Shown one piece after another: positions 1 through 11,991 of a stretch of DNA of 64,000 bases. The position numbers were made by a program, and so were the translations under genes. The DNA is from Adineta vaga (lineage: Eukaryota > Animalia > Rotifera), in NCBI GenBank assembly GCA_021613535.1, contig CP075492.1, positions 2,728,001 through 2,792,000 on the forward strand. Direction: 5' to 3'. The first letter of the stretch is position 1; every line of letters begins with the position of its first letter. The notes under the pieces were generated by a model. That model did no database searches. It was not told the origin of the DNA and saw only the letters and a list, made by a program, of their open reading frames with translations.

Positions 1-3000
1 ACGTGAATGTATTCAAATCGGTGAATTGTTATTTTTTGGTCGAATTGATAATGTACAAGTCAAAATTCGTGGAGCACGTGTTGAATTGGAAGAAGTAGAA
101 GCTATTTGTATGCAACATCCTTTAGTTCAAGAATGTGCTTGTTTTGTTCATGAAAAAAAAGCTCAATTGATTGCAATTATATATAGTACATCATCTGAAT
201 TGTTGACAAATGAACTTCGACAATGGCTTTCTGAACAATTACCTGAATTTGAAGTACCATCTGTATTCATTTTCGTAAATGAACCTTTGCATCGAACAGC
301 AAGTGGAAAAATTGATCGTAAACATTTAATTATTACATATGAAAATTGGAATAATGACAAGAATTCGAAACAACCTGTAATCAATACTTTAAACGATCAA
401 AATGTAGAACGAATCATAAATTTATGGTGTAAAACATTAGAAATTTCAAAAATCAATCATTTAACATTTACTGAACTTGGTGGTCATTCACTTCTTGCTA
501 TTCAACTTCAATGTGACATTCAATTTGAATTTAATATTCACGTACCGATCGAACAATTTTTTTGCCATACAACTCTTGATAATTTAATTGAATTTATCAA
601 TCAATCAACACCGAAACAATCCATTTCTTTACCAAGTAAAAATGATTGTGAAAAAGTTCCATTAACACTTGTTCAGAAAAGTATCTGGATTGCCGATGAA
701 CTTCAGAATAATCTGACAACACCAGTTTATACTGTAACGTGTGCATTCGAAATTTTATCCAATGATATATCAAATGAACGAATCAAGAAAGCAATTTCTA
801 TTCTAATACAACGACATGATAGTCTACGTACAATTTTTTCTCGTGATACATCCGGTGAAATGTATCAAACAGTTACACTATTAAATAGTGAACATTTAAC
901 TATAGCTGATAAAAGTATCTATCAAGAAATTACATTTGAAGATATCAATGAAATTGATCAAATCTTAAATCAATTATCGAAACAAAAATTTTATCTCGAT
1001 CAACCTCAACCACTTTGTCGATTTTATCTTTATTTAAATGCCAATTGTCGAATACTTGCAATTGTACTTCATCATCTCATCATTGATGGTTGGTCAATTG
1101 ATATTTTAACACATGATTTAGAAGCAATTTTATTAGAACAAAATCTTCCACCGATTACAATGCAATTCTATCAATATGCCATAATGGAACGTGAACTAAG
1201 TGCTTCAGCATATGATGATGATCTCATTTATTGGAAAAAACAATTAAGTAATGGAATGTTAACAGCAACACGTCTTCTTCATGATCATGAACCATTATCC
1301 ATAGATAATTCAACAATAGGACGTGTTCAAATCATATTTCCATCTGATATAACGAATTTAATTTATAATATATGCAAAGATAAAGATGTAACACCATTTA
1401 TGATCTTACTAACAACATTTGGTTCATTATTAACACGTTATACACAAGAAACAGATATAATCATTGGTACTCCTGTAGCAAATCGTACTCGATCAGAAAT
1501 CGAACATACTATTGGCATGTTTACAAATATGTTGGTATTACGAATGGACTTATCAACAAATCCTAACTTTAATGATCTATTATCTCAAACAAAAAAGACA
1601 GTACTCGAAGCATTTACTCATCAATCGTTACCATTTGTTAGTTTGTTAAGTGCACTTGAATATAAACAACGAAATCAATATCAAGATACATTCTTTCAAA
1701 TTATGTTAGCCTATCAAAATGTTGGAAATAAATCAAGAAATATCTTCCGAAAAATGACAATACATGAACAAACGGCGAAATTTGAACTTGATGTTCAAAT
1801 ATGGCCAGAAGCAGATAGTATGTTAATTGAAGCTTATTTTCGATTGGATCTTTTTAATACGAATACAATTGAACGATTTCTTGAACATTGGCTTCAACTT
1901 ACACGTTCAGCTTTATCTAAACCAATAGATTCACATATTCATTGGCCAATGACAATAACGAATGAAATATTATCAATTTCATCTCAAGAATCGAATAGAA
2001 ATTTTCTCAATAAAAATCTTTGTCAACTTTTTTTTGAACAAGTTCAACGTACACCAAATACCATTGCTGTTGAAGATAAATCAATTCAATTAACATACAT
2101 AGAAATTTGGCAAAATATCCAACGTTTTAGTCATACTATTCAACAACATTTAAAATCATCATCCAAACAATGCATTGCTATTCGTATGAAACGAGGAATT
2201 GATTTAATTCAAACGATATTAAGTGTACTTCATAGTGCTAATCATTTCGTCTATATTGATCATGCATTACCTATAGAACGACAACATTTTATTATAGAAG
2301 ATACACATGCTTGTCTAATGATTACTGATTCATTTCAATGTCAAGAATCTATATTAACAATAGGATATGAAATTCAACAAACTGAATCCGTTCCATCTAC
2401 AATGGAATCTACTATTGATCCAAATAATCTTGCCTATATTTTGTACACATCAGGTTCGACTGGAACTCCAAAAGGTGTTTGTGCATCACATCGTGCTATT
2501 GTAACACGAATGGTTAATGTTAATTATCATTCAATTAAATTACAAACACGTGTTGGACAATTATCAACATTTAGTTTCGATATGTCAACATTTGAAATGT
2601 TTGGTACTCTATTAAATGGAGGAACATTAGTTATTGTGGCTCCAGAATTAACTTGTTCAATTCGAGCTCTTATGGAATTACATCTTGATATTATAAGTCC
2701 ATCGACAGCTGTTTTAAATATTCTTACACAACAAGAATCATCACAAGAATTTTTTACTTCTTTAAAAAAGATTTATTTTGGTGGTGAAAAAGTCAATATG
2801 AAATATTTACGTCGTGCAATGAAAGATCAAAGTTTAGGAAAGTTTGTCCATGTCTATGGTCCAACAGAGACCACCGTATTTGCCTTATTTTATGAATTAT
2901 TAAAACCAATACCAATAGATGCATTAACTATTCCTATTGGTCAACCATTAACAAATACATTGATTTATATTGTTAATGAATCATTACAATTAACACCACG

Positions 3001-6000
3001 TGGTGTTCCTGGAGAATTATTAATTGGAGGGATTGGTTTAAGTGATGGTTATCATCATCGTTCTGATCTTACAGAACAAAAATTCATTACTAATCCATTT
3101 GGTAAAGGTCTTGTTTATCGTACGGGTGATATTTGTCGTATGTATGATGATGATAATATTGAATTTCTTCGACGTCTTGATACTCAAGTAAAACTTCGTT
3201 CACAACGTCTTGAATTAGGAGAAATCGAATATCATCTTCTTCAACATGAACATATCGCCGATGCTGTTGTTCTCTTACGTGATGATATTGTTGCAGATGA
3301 AAAACATCTTGTTGCTTATATTCAACCAATATCTTCAATCGATTCAGAACAAATACGTCATTTTCTTTCAAAACATCTTCCAGATTATATGATACCAATG
3401 TATATTGTCATAATGTCTCAACTTCCACTTAATCTTGTTGGTAAAGTAGATAAAAAATCACTTCCAAAACCAGAACGACAAAGAAATATTTCCGATATAA
3501 TTCGTCAAATATGTTCTCAAGTATTAAAACAAAATGATATTGATATGAATGAGAATTTCTTTAAATTAGGAGGTCATTCTCTTTCCGCTATGGAAATCAT
3601 TGCAAAAATTTATGAAAAACTTCATATTCAAATTACTATTCCTAATCTATTTCAAGCACAATCAATCGCTGAATTAGCTCGATATGTAGAAAAACAATTG
3701 AAAACTGAGAATAATTCACAAAAATTAGAACATCCAAAAGTAAATAATCCTTATCGTGCACCATTGACATCTTCTCAAAAACAATTTTGGTTATTTTGGA
3801 AATTAAAACCCCAAAGTTCGTATTATAATGTACCCGTAGCTTTGGAAATCAATGGCAAATTAAATATGATGAAATTAAATCGTTCTTTACATTATCTTAT
3901 GTCAAAATATGTTTTATTACGTACTGAATTTAAAGAAGAAAATGATGGAACATTTTGGCAAGAAAAAAAAGATGATTGGAATTTACCTTTGATTGAAGAA
4001 ACAATTGAAGGAACATTACAAACATCAGAAGTTATTCAACGTTTACAATATTATTCACTTAAAGCATTTCAATTAAGTATTGGACAAGTTTGTCGATTTG
4101 TTGTTCTTCATTTATTGAATAATAAACATATTTTATTAATTTGTTTTCATCATATCGTATGTGATGGTCAATCAGCTAGTCAATTTATAAATAATCTATT
4201 TGAATTATATAATTCAAATGATAACGTAGATTTGAATAATGAAAAATCATTTTTTGATTATGCAATTCAAATTGCTGATCATCCATCGTCTAAAGAAGAT
4301 TTAGATCATGTAATTGATTATTTACGAGATTTTCAATCATTAACATTTAATTCAAATTTTGTAAACGAACAAGAACAAGATATTGGTTTTAAATCAGATA
4401 TATCAACATTTCTTGTTCCAACTAATATTGCCGAAAACTTAAGACAATTAGCAACAAATCATTCATGTACTTTACATACGATTTTAATGACATTATTCAA
4501 TTGTTTATTAAGTATATATTGTTCTGATACATCGGATATTATACTTGGTTGTATTATATCTACACGTTCACAACCCGGTGTTACGAATCTATTTGGTCCA
4601 TTAATTAATACAGTACCTATACGTACTCGTCTTCCAAATACTTCAAATACAACATTTCTTGATCTTCTTCATATTGTACGTCAATCAATTCTATTTGGTA
4701 TGGAATATCAAATGGTACCTTTTGCTGATATTGTACAACGTTTACGTTCTGTAAGTACAGATCGAAGTTTGTTTACGTATCTTCCTATTGTTCGAGTTCT
4801 TTTTGAAATGAATTCATACAATTTATTTGATCGATCAAAACAATTTATAGATGGAACTGAATGGATTGGTATTAATGATTCTGGATTACTTTTACCTTAT
4901 ACAAAATCAGATATTGACTTAGAAATTATGGATTATGGTATTAATCAACCAATTCGTATAACTTTTAATCTAAATTGTACATTATTCAAATCAGGAATAG
5001 CAGATGTTATGGCAAATTGTTATCGTTATGCAATTGATCTGATCGTACGTGATTCGACATGTACGAAAGTAAAACTTTGGGATTATTTACATATAATTCA
5101 ACAGAATAAATTTGATTTGATTTTACATGAACAATTTCGAAAACAAGTATGGATTACATCAAATCATCCTGCTGTAATATATCAAGATCAAACATATACA
5201 TATATGGAATTGTTAGAACAAGTAGAGCGTATAGCATCATATTTATGTCATAGAGATATAAAATCGGGTGATGTGATTGCTTTATATATGAATCGTTGTG
5301 CTTTCTTGATTTCAGCTATGTTTGGAGTACTTATGGCTGGTGCTACTTATCTATATTTAGATCCTGAACTACCTGATCAACGTATACGTTCTATGGTTCA
5401 TGATGTTAATGTACGAATAGTGATAGAAAATCAAGAAGGATCAACAATGCATTGTTCAGCTTTTGAAAATATGAAAATATTATCGAATAAAATATTAACA
5501 GAAGAATTCAAAGAAAATATTCAATTTCCAATTATTCATCCATCAGATTATTGTTATCTTATATATACATCAGGTTCAACAGGAGAACCTAAAGGTATGA
5601 AGATTCAACATCAAGCTGTATCAAAACGTATTCAAATGCCTGTAGCTATTACGTCTTCTGCACGAATAGCTCAATTAACATCATGTAGTTTCGATGTTTA
5701 TATCCTGGAAATATATGGTGCCTTACTTCATGGTGCTGCATTAGTCATCTATGATAAAACACTTATCTTTCAACCAGAACTGCTCTCTCAACAAATTCTT
5801 AAACATCATATCACACATATGTACTTACCAACACCGATCTTTAATTTACTTGCTGAATATGTTCCCGATGTTTTTGCAAACATGGAATGTGTCTTATTTG
5901 CTGGAGATAGTGCTAATGCTAAATTCATGCGTTTAGTCTTACAAACAAAAGAACCACCGAAAAGATTGATCAATGCTTATGGACCTACAGAAACAACTTG

Positions 6001-6833
6001 TATTGTAACATGGTATGATACTTCAGTACATTCACCGATTCTTTCCGATGATAGACAAGTATCAATTGGTTTACCTTTACCAGATACACCACTATATATT
6101 GTCAATCCAACAACACTTGAATTAGTAGAAAATAATGAAGAGGGAGAATTAATTATTGGTGGATACGGAGTTTGTGATGGTTATATTAATAATGATCATG
6201 AAACTGAAAGAAAATTTCTTACTAATCAATATGATATGGATGGTAAAATTTATCGTACTGGTGATCGTGTCAAACGATCTCAAGATGGAACTCTTGAATT
6301 TCTTGGTCGTTTCGATACACAAGTTAAGATTAATGGACATCGAATTGAATTAACAGAAATAGAATATCTATTACAAGGATATCCGACAATATCTGAAGCA
6401 ATTGTTGCTGTTCGAAATGATCTTGTACCAAATACACAATCAATCGTCGCTTATGTTCGACCTAAAGAACAGAATGAAAAAGAGATTCTTCAATATTTAA
6501 GCAGTCGATTACCTTCCTATATGTTACCATCATTTGTTGTATCGATTGAACAATTTCCTATTACTTCTGCAGGTGGTAAACGAGATATCAAAAATTTACC
6601 ATCAATAAAAAATAACATAGACAATAAGGATAATCTTTCAATAATAGAATCAAAACTTCAATTCGTATGGAATACTGTTTTAAATAATGGTAAGAATAAT
6701 CATATATTTCAAATGGATGATGATTTTTTCATGTGTGGTGGAACATCAATCAATATCATTCAACTTCATCGACAACTTGAAATACAATTTGGTTTAACAT
6801 TAGATCCTATGTCTTTATTTCAAATACATACTA
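1..6833 (+). CDS. Hybrid NRPS-PKS, NRPS part (5'-truncated by window): partial A - T - C - A - T - C - A - T
   Basis: Frame is open from position 2 (GRIDNVQVKIRGARVELEEVE = A8 core). Carrier motifs LGGHSL (~475), LGGHSL (~3566), CGGTSI (~6734). Condensation motifs HHLIIDG (~1070), HHIVCDG (~4148). A cores YTSGSTGTPKG/YGPTE/YRTGD and YTSGSTGEPKG/YGPTE/YRTGD. No introns. Confidence 0.96.
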
Positions 6834-6834
6834 A

Positions 6835-9800
6835 TCTTCACAACTATCTTGGCTTGCTTCTTTTCAACCAAATCTGGAATTTATAAAGGAAGTTCCACTG
6901 TCAAACATACCAACAAAAGGAATTGCTATTATTGGTATGTCAGCTCGATATGGTACAATAGAAACAGCTGCTGATCTATGGACAGCACTTCGTAATGGTA
7001 CAGATTGTTGTACTCATATTACGCATGAAGAATTATTACAACAAAATCCATCGATGGCTAGTATGTTAAATGTTAATCCCAATTATGTACATGCTGGTTG
7101 TACGATGACGAATGCTTTATGTTTTGATCATGTATTTTTTGGTATGACTAAACGAGATGCTGAAATTACCGATCCACAACATCGTATTATGTTAGAAGCT
7201 ACTTATGAAGCTTTAGAAAATGCTGGTATTGTACCACAAGAATATTCGGGAACAATTGGTATGTTTGGAGCAGTTTATCGAAATACATATGCTGATTATT
7301 ATAATCTTTTACGTGCAAATCCTTATGAAATCTATGATGCAACGAAAGCAAGTATGGGTATTGCTACATTTGATTCAGCAACAATAATGCGTGTAGAAAT
7401 TGGTAATATGGTTGATGGTGCACCAACATTTGTTTCTTATAAATTAGGTTTTAATGGACCTTCAATGGCAATACAAACAGCATGTTCATCTTCGGGAACT
7501 GCACTACATATGGCATTGCGTAGTCTCGAAGCAGGTGACTGTAGCATAGCTATTGTAGCTGGTGTTTCGATTACATTTCCATTAGATATGGGTTATAATT
7601 ATCAGCCAGGAATGATTATGTCAAAGACAGGTATATGTCGATCATTTGATGAAAGTGCTGATGGAGTTGTTGGTGGTGACGGAGCTGGTGTGGTAGTACT
7701 TATGAAAGCTACAGAAGCTCTATCAGCTGGTTATTCTATTCGTAGTATAATTACAGGATATGCCATTAATAATGATGGTCAAAATAAAACATCTTTTTCA
7801 ACAACTAGTCCAGATACACAAACTTTGTGTATGCAGAAGGCATTGTCAAGTGCAAATATTCATTCTCCACAAGAAGAAATTGATTACATTGAAGCACATG
7901 GTCCTGGTACACAAGTTGGAGATCTATTAGAGATTCAAGCACTGACAAAAGCATACTCTTCTCAAAATGAATCAATAACACGTCAACTTTATTTAGGCTC
8001 TATTAAAACAAATATAGGCCATACAGCACATGCAGCAAGTTTAGCTGGTTTAATTAAAGTAGTTCTATCTTTAGAAGCTGGTGAAATACCACCAACACTT
8101 AATTTTCATCGATTTAGTCCAGTTGTTGCACGTTTTCAACCACCATTTCAAGTAAATACTCATACAATTCCATGGCCAACGAATGATATTGAGATTCGAC
8201 CTCGACGTGCAGCATTAAATGCTTTGGGACAAGGTGGAACAAATACACATTTTATCATCGAACAAAATTATTCAATGTCAGAAGTTCATAGATCGTTTGG
8301 ACCACAACTCTTCGTTCTCAGTGCAAAAACAGAAATTGCTTTATCAAATGTCAAATTACGTCTTCTCGAACATTTGTCTAATAAATCAGATGCTGTAAAT
8401 TTACTTAATATGTCTTTTACATTAGCATGTGGTCGAATAGCTTATGATCGACGATACTTTGCTGTTGCTTCTACAGTTGACGAGCTAAAAGACCAATTAT
8501 CCAATCCCAACATGTCCCTTAACAATCATGAAAACACAAAGTCGCAAATAGTTTTTGTCTTTCCTGGACAAGGTGCTCAATATGCTGGTATGGCTCGACA
8601 ATTATACGATCGTTTTCCACAATCATGTGCAACAATAATAGATACTTGTTTAGAAGAACTACATGCATTCGATAGTGATATGGAACAAAAAATTCGTTCA
8701 TGTCTCTTCAATGAATCTTTCAATGATCATGGTATACTTGCACAATATGCTCAAATTACTTTATTCATAGTTGAATATAGTTTAACTCAGATTTTTCTTT
8801 CATTAAATATTCATCCAAATTATATTATTGGACATAGTAGTGGGGAATTTGTTGCTGCTTGTCTAGCCGAAGTAATGACAATGAAAGATGCTATAAGATT
8901 ACTTGCACGACGATGTCAACTAATGATGACAGCAGAAACAGGTACTATGCTTGCTGTAGAAATTGATTTGAAAGATGATATATCTGAATTTGCAACAAAA
9001 TATGATGTAGATTTAGCTGTTATTAATTCCTCTACTCAATGTGTTTATTCTGGTTCGATATCGAATATACAAAAATTCGAGATTGATATGCGAAATCAAG
9101 GAAAGAAAGTGAAATTACTCAATACTTTTACTGGATTTCATTCTCGTCTAATGGAACCAATCTGTCAAAAGCTTGAAAACGAATTTAAGACTATTACATT
9201 ACGAGAACCAACAATTCCTATTATTTCAACAGTAACTGGACAACTTGTTCATGCAGGTGAAATGACACAAACAAAATATTGGTGTAATCATCTACGAAAA
9301 CCCGTACTCTTTGGTCCATGTCTTTCATCTATGGTAACAAACAATCTTATCAAAGATGATAAATCATTAATATTTATTCCCGTTGGTCCAGGTAAAGCAT
9401 TACATTCACTTATAACTCGTGCTCTATCAATGGCAACTATTATTTCATCTCCATTATTACCTGATTGTCCATCCGCATTACTTTATACATTAGGTTCGAT
9501 ATGGTTAAATATGATTCCAATCAATTGGACAGAATATTATCGTAATACAAATGCTCGACGTATAGTTTTACCAAATTATCCATTTGAAAGAACTATATGT
9601 GTTGCTGATAATCGAGCAACAGCTATTACTAATACAATTTTCGAATCACCAAATCGAACAAGATCATGGTCTACTCCTCATAATGTACCTGTACATATAC
9701 CAACAACAACAGATTTATTTGAATTACTTAACAAACAAAAATCTATCTGTGAACAAACTAAATCACCTCAAAATCGAAGAAATTCACTTCCATGGAAGAT

Positions 9801-11829
9801 TAACAAACGATCGTCATCAATAAGTGCTAAACTATTAAATTTATCAACGAATACATGTACATCAATACAAACGATACCTTCAATTACAGATAATATGCAA
9901 TTAAATCTTGGTTCTTATAGTTCTCTATTCGTATTGGCTCTGTATTATGAAGCAATCGAATTAGATTTAATTCAAAGTAATGATTTAGTAATACAATATA
10001 TTCCTAACGAATATCAACAATCCAATATTACTCTTACAATTGAAGATCTTCTTCAAAGTAATATAGAAATAAATATGGAATGTTTTACACCAAATGATTT
10101 ACTCGATGCATTACAACAAATAAGAATTAAATCAAAAACTGAAACTGATCGTATTCCAACTAGTTTTTCACTCTCATTATTAGGACATATATTAGGTATT
10201 TTACATGACGTATCATACGAAGAAGTCGTCTACGATCGTATTATTCTTCCATTGAAATTACAACAAACAAAAGTAGATATTTCTCTATCCAATGAAGCTT
10301 ATTATCCATCTACAGCTATACGAAGTTGTATTGATGATCTCGAAATGATTTTCAATTCGTCTAACAATAATTCAATATCGACAGGATTTCAAAAGGCAGC
10401 ACTTCTATCAAATCAATTATATTATACAAATACTGAACAACTTATTGCAATCACTTATCCTAATGATTCAAATAAAATATTGATTATAGCTAGTCAACAT
10501 CCACTTCAACAATCCAATGTTGAAGTAATTATGAAGTCTACGTATTCTTTAAGTAATGAAAAAGTTTGTCAATCAATTACTAATTATGAAGAACTTGTAC
10601 AAAAATATTTAGTACAACTTCTTGGCTCATCAGGTCATACAATGGTATCAAATTTTTCTTCTCTAACACCATTTGAACAATTAGGTATTGATTCTTTACA
10701 AGTTATTACATTTGTTGAACTTTTATCTCAACACTTCGGTATCGAATTATCTGTCGATATCATGTCAAAATATCCGAATATGAAAAGTTTATCTGATTAT
10801 TTAAACCAAATCTGTTCTAAAGATGATAATCATCATAAAGTAAAAGAATCATTTCAAGAATATATTCTAAATAAAGAAGCTGGTATGCCACGTGTATATG
10901 AATCTATTACGAACAATCGATCTCTATCAATACTTTTATCATTCATTACAAATAATAAAGTGAAATTACTTAAACAATTACATCAAGATGGTGCTTTACT
11001 ATTTCGAGGATTTGCTATTGATAGTGCTGAAGATTTTTCGCAAGTCGTTGAATTATTAGCTGATAAGGATAAGACATTTCTTGATTATAGAGATGGTATT
11101 TCTCCACGTACTCGTATTACAGATAAAGTATTTACTTCAACTGAATATCCACGACAATTTGATATGGCTTTACATAATGAAATGTCTTATTCACATACGA
11201 TGCCTTCAATGATTTTCTTCTATTGTCAGCTACCACCGGATGAAGGTGCAGGTGGTGAAACACCGATTGGAAACTCTGCTGCAATTTACAATGCTATTGA
11301 TGCACATATTCGACAAGATTTTATTGATAAACAATTACTCTATATTACTAATTTACCAAGTAAAACAAATGGAATTAGTCTTGGTAAATCATGGCAAGAT
11401 ACATATCAAACTGAATCAAAGAAAGATGTTGAAATATTTCTCAAAGATAAAGATATTCAATTCAAATGGTTAACAGACGATCGTCTGAGAACAATACGAC
11501 GTATTGAAGGTATTCGAAAACATCAAGATACTGATGAAATGGTATGGTGTAATCATGCTCATTTGTTTCATCCAACAGATCTGAATATATCGACACGTCA
11601 AACTCTACAGAAGCGTTTAGAACCATTAGATATGCCTAAAAATTGTTTTTTTGGTAATGGAGATATGATTCCAGATACATCACTTGATCATATTCGTCAA
11701 GTATTGAAACAACATGAAATAAAATGGCCATGGAAAAAAGGAGATATACTTGTCTTAGATAATCTTCGTACAGCACATGGTCGTGCTTCATTTCATGGAG
11801 AACGACGTATTTTGGTTGCAATGTGTTAA
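6835..11829 (+). CDS. Hybrid NRPS-PKS, PKS part: KS - AT - degenerate beta-lactamase-like - ACP - TauD/SyrP-like Fe(II)/2OG dioxygenase; continues the upstream ORF across a 1-nt frameshift
   Basis: Frame is open from 6835 (SSQLSWLASF...KGIAIIGMSARY, the canonical KS N-terminus, upstream of the called ATG). KS motifs DPQHR, TACSSS, EAHGPGT, KTNIGH. AT motifs VFPGQGAQ, GHSSGE, GFHS. ACP motif LGIDSL (10681). TauD motifs LLFRGF, LHNEMSY, GGETP, WKKGDILVLDN..AHGR. Confidence 0.94.
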   Translation, partial: SSQLSWLASFQPNLEFIKEVPLSNIPTKGIAIIGMSARYGTIETAADLWTALRNGTDCCTHITHEELLQQNPSMASMLNVNPNYVHAGCTMTNALCFDHVFFGMTKRDAEITDPQHRIMLEATYEALENAGIVPQEYSGTIGMFGAVYRNTYADYYNLLRANPYEIYDATKASMGIATFDSATIMRVEIGNMVDGAPTFVSYKLGFNGPSMAIQTACSSSGTALHMALRSLEAGDCSIAIVAGVSITFPLDMGYNYQPGMIMSKTGICRSFDESADGVVGGDGAGVVVLMKATEALSAGYSIRSIITGYAINNDGQNKTSFSTTSPDTQTLCMQKALSSANIHSPQEEIDYIEAHGPGTQVGDLLEIQALTKAYSSQNESITRQLYLGSIKTNIGHTAHAASLAGLIKVVLSLEAGEIPPTLNFHRFSPVVARFQPPFQVNTHTIPWPTNDIEIRPRRAALNALGQGGTNTHFIIEQNYSMSEVHRSFGPQLFVLSAKTEIALSNVKLRLLEHLSNKSDAVNLLNMSFTLACGRIAYDRRYFAVASTVDELKDQLSNPNMSLNNHENTKSQIVFVFPGQGAQYAGMARQLYDRFPQSCATIIDTCLEELHAFDSDMEQKIRSCLFNESFNDHGILAQYAQITLFIVEYSLTQIFLSLNIHPNYIIGHSSGEFVAACLAEVMTMKDAIRLLARRCQLMMTAETGTMLAVEIDLKDDISEFATKYDVDLAVINSSTQCVYSGSISNIQKFEIDMRNQGKKVKLLNTFTGFHSRLMEPICQKLENEFKTITLREPTIPIISTVTGQLVHAGEMTQTKYWCNHLRKPVLFGPCLSSMVTNNLIKDDKSLIFIPVGPGKALHSLITRALSMATIISSPLLPDCPSALLYTLGSIWLNMIPINWTEYYRNTNARRIVLPNYPFERTICVADNRATAITNTIFESPNRTRSWSTPHNVPVHIPTTTDLFELLNKQKSICEQTKSPQNRRNSLPWKINKRSSSISAKLLNLSTNTCTSIQTIPSITDNMQLNLGSYSSLFVLALYYEAIELDLIQSNDLVIQYIPNEYQQSNITLTIEDLLQSNIEINMECFTPNDLLDALQQIRIKSKTETDRIPTSFSLSLLGHILGILHDVSYEEVVYDRIILPLKLQQTKVDISLSNEAYYPSTAIRSCIDDLEMIFNSSNNNSISTGFQKAALLSNQLYYTNTEQLIAITYPNDSNKILIIASQHPLQQSNVEVIMKSTYSLSNEKVCQSITNYEELVQKYLVQLLGSSGHTMVSNFSSLTPFEQLGIDSLQVITFVELLSQHFGIELSVDIMSKYPNMKSLSDYLNQICSKDDNHHKVKESFQEYILNKEAGMPRVYESITNNRSLSILLSFITNNKVKLLKQLHQDGALLFRGFAIDSAEDFSQVVELLADKDKTFLDYRDGISPRTRITDKVFTSTEYPRQFDMALHNEMSYSHTMPSMIFFYCQLPPDEGAGGETPIGNSAAIYNAIDAHIRQDFIDKQLLYITNLPSKTNGISLGKSWQDTYQTESKKDVEIFLKDKDIQFKWLTDDRLRTIRRIEGIRKHQDTDEMVWCNHAHLFHPTDLNISTRQTLQKRLEPLDMPKNCFFGNGDMIPDTSLDHIRQVLKQHEIKWPWKKGDILVLDNLRTAHGRASFHGERRILVAMC

Positions 11830-11991
11830 TATTTTATTTTTATGAACTATCATCAATATTATAATAAACTTTTTTTATGTTCTATGTTAATCTCGCACTA
11901 TTTTATGCACTAAATGATTCATATTTTTGAATAAAACTTCGAAAAAAATTGATTTGATACGATTTCACAAGTGTCATATTTGAAAATTGAA

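Noticed and set aside
6820-6890. Programmed -1 ribosomal frameshift between NRPS and PKS
   Set aside because: No X XXY YYZ slippery heptamer or evident downstream structure at the crossover; a 1-nt indel explains it.
1-11829. Window is a bacterial contig with a biosynthetic operon
   Set aside because: Flanking genes have spliceosomal introns and animal families (GPCR, Ig), and base composition is continuous across the junction.
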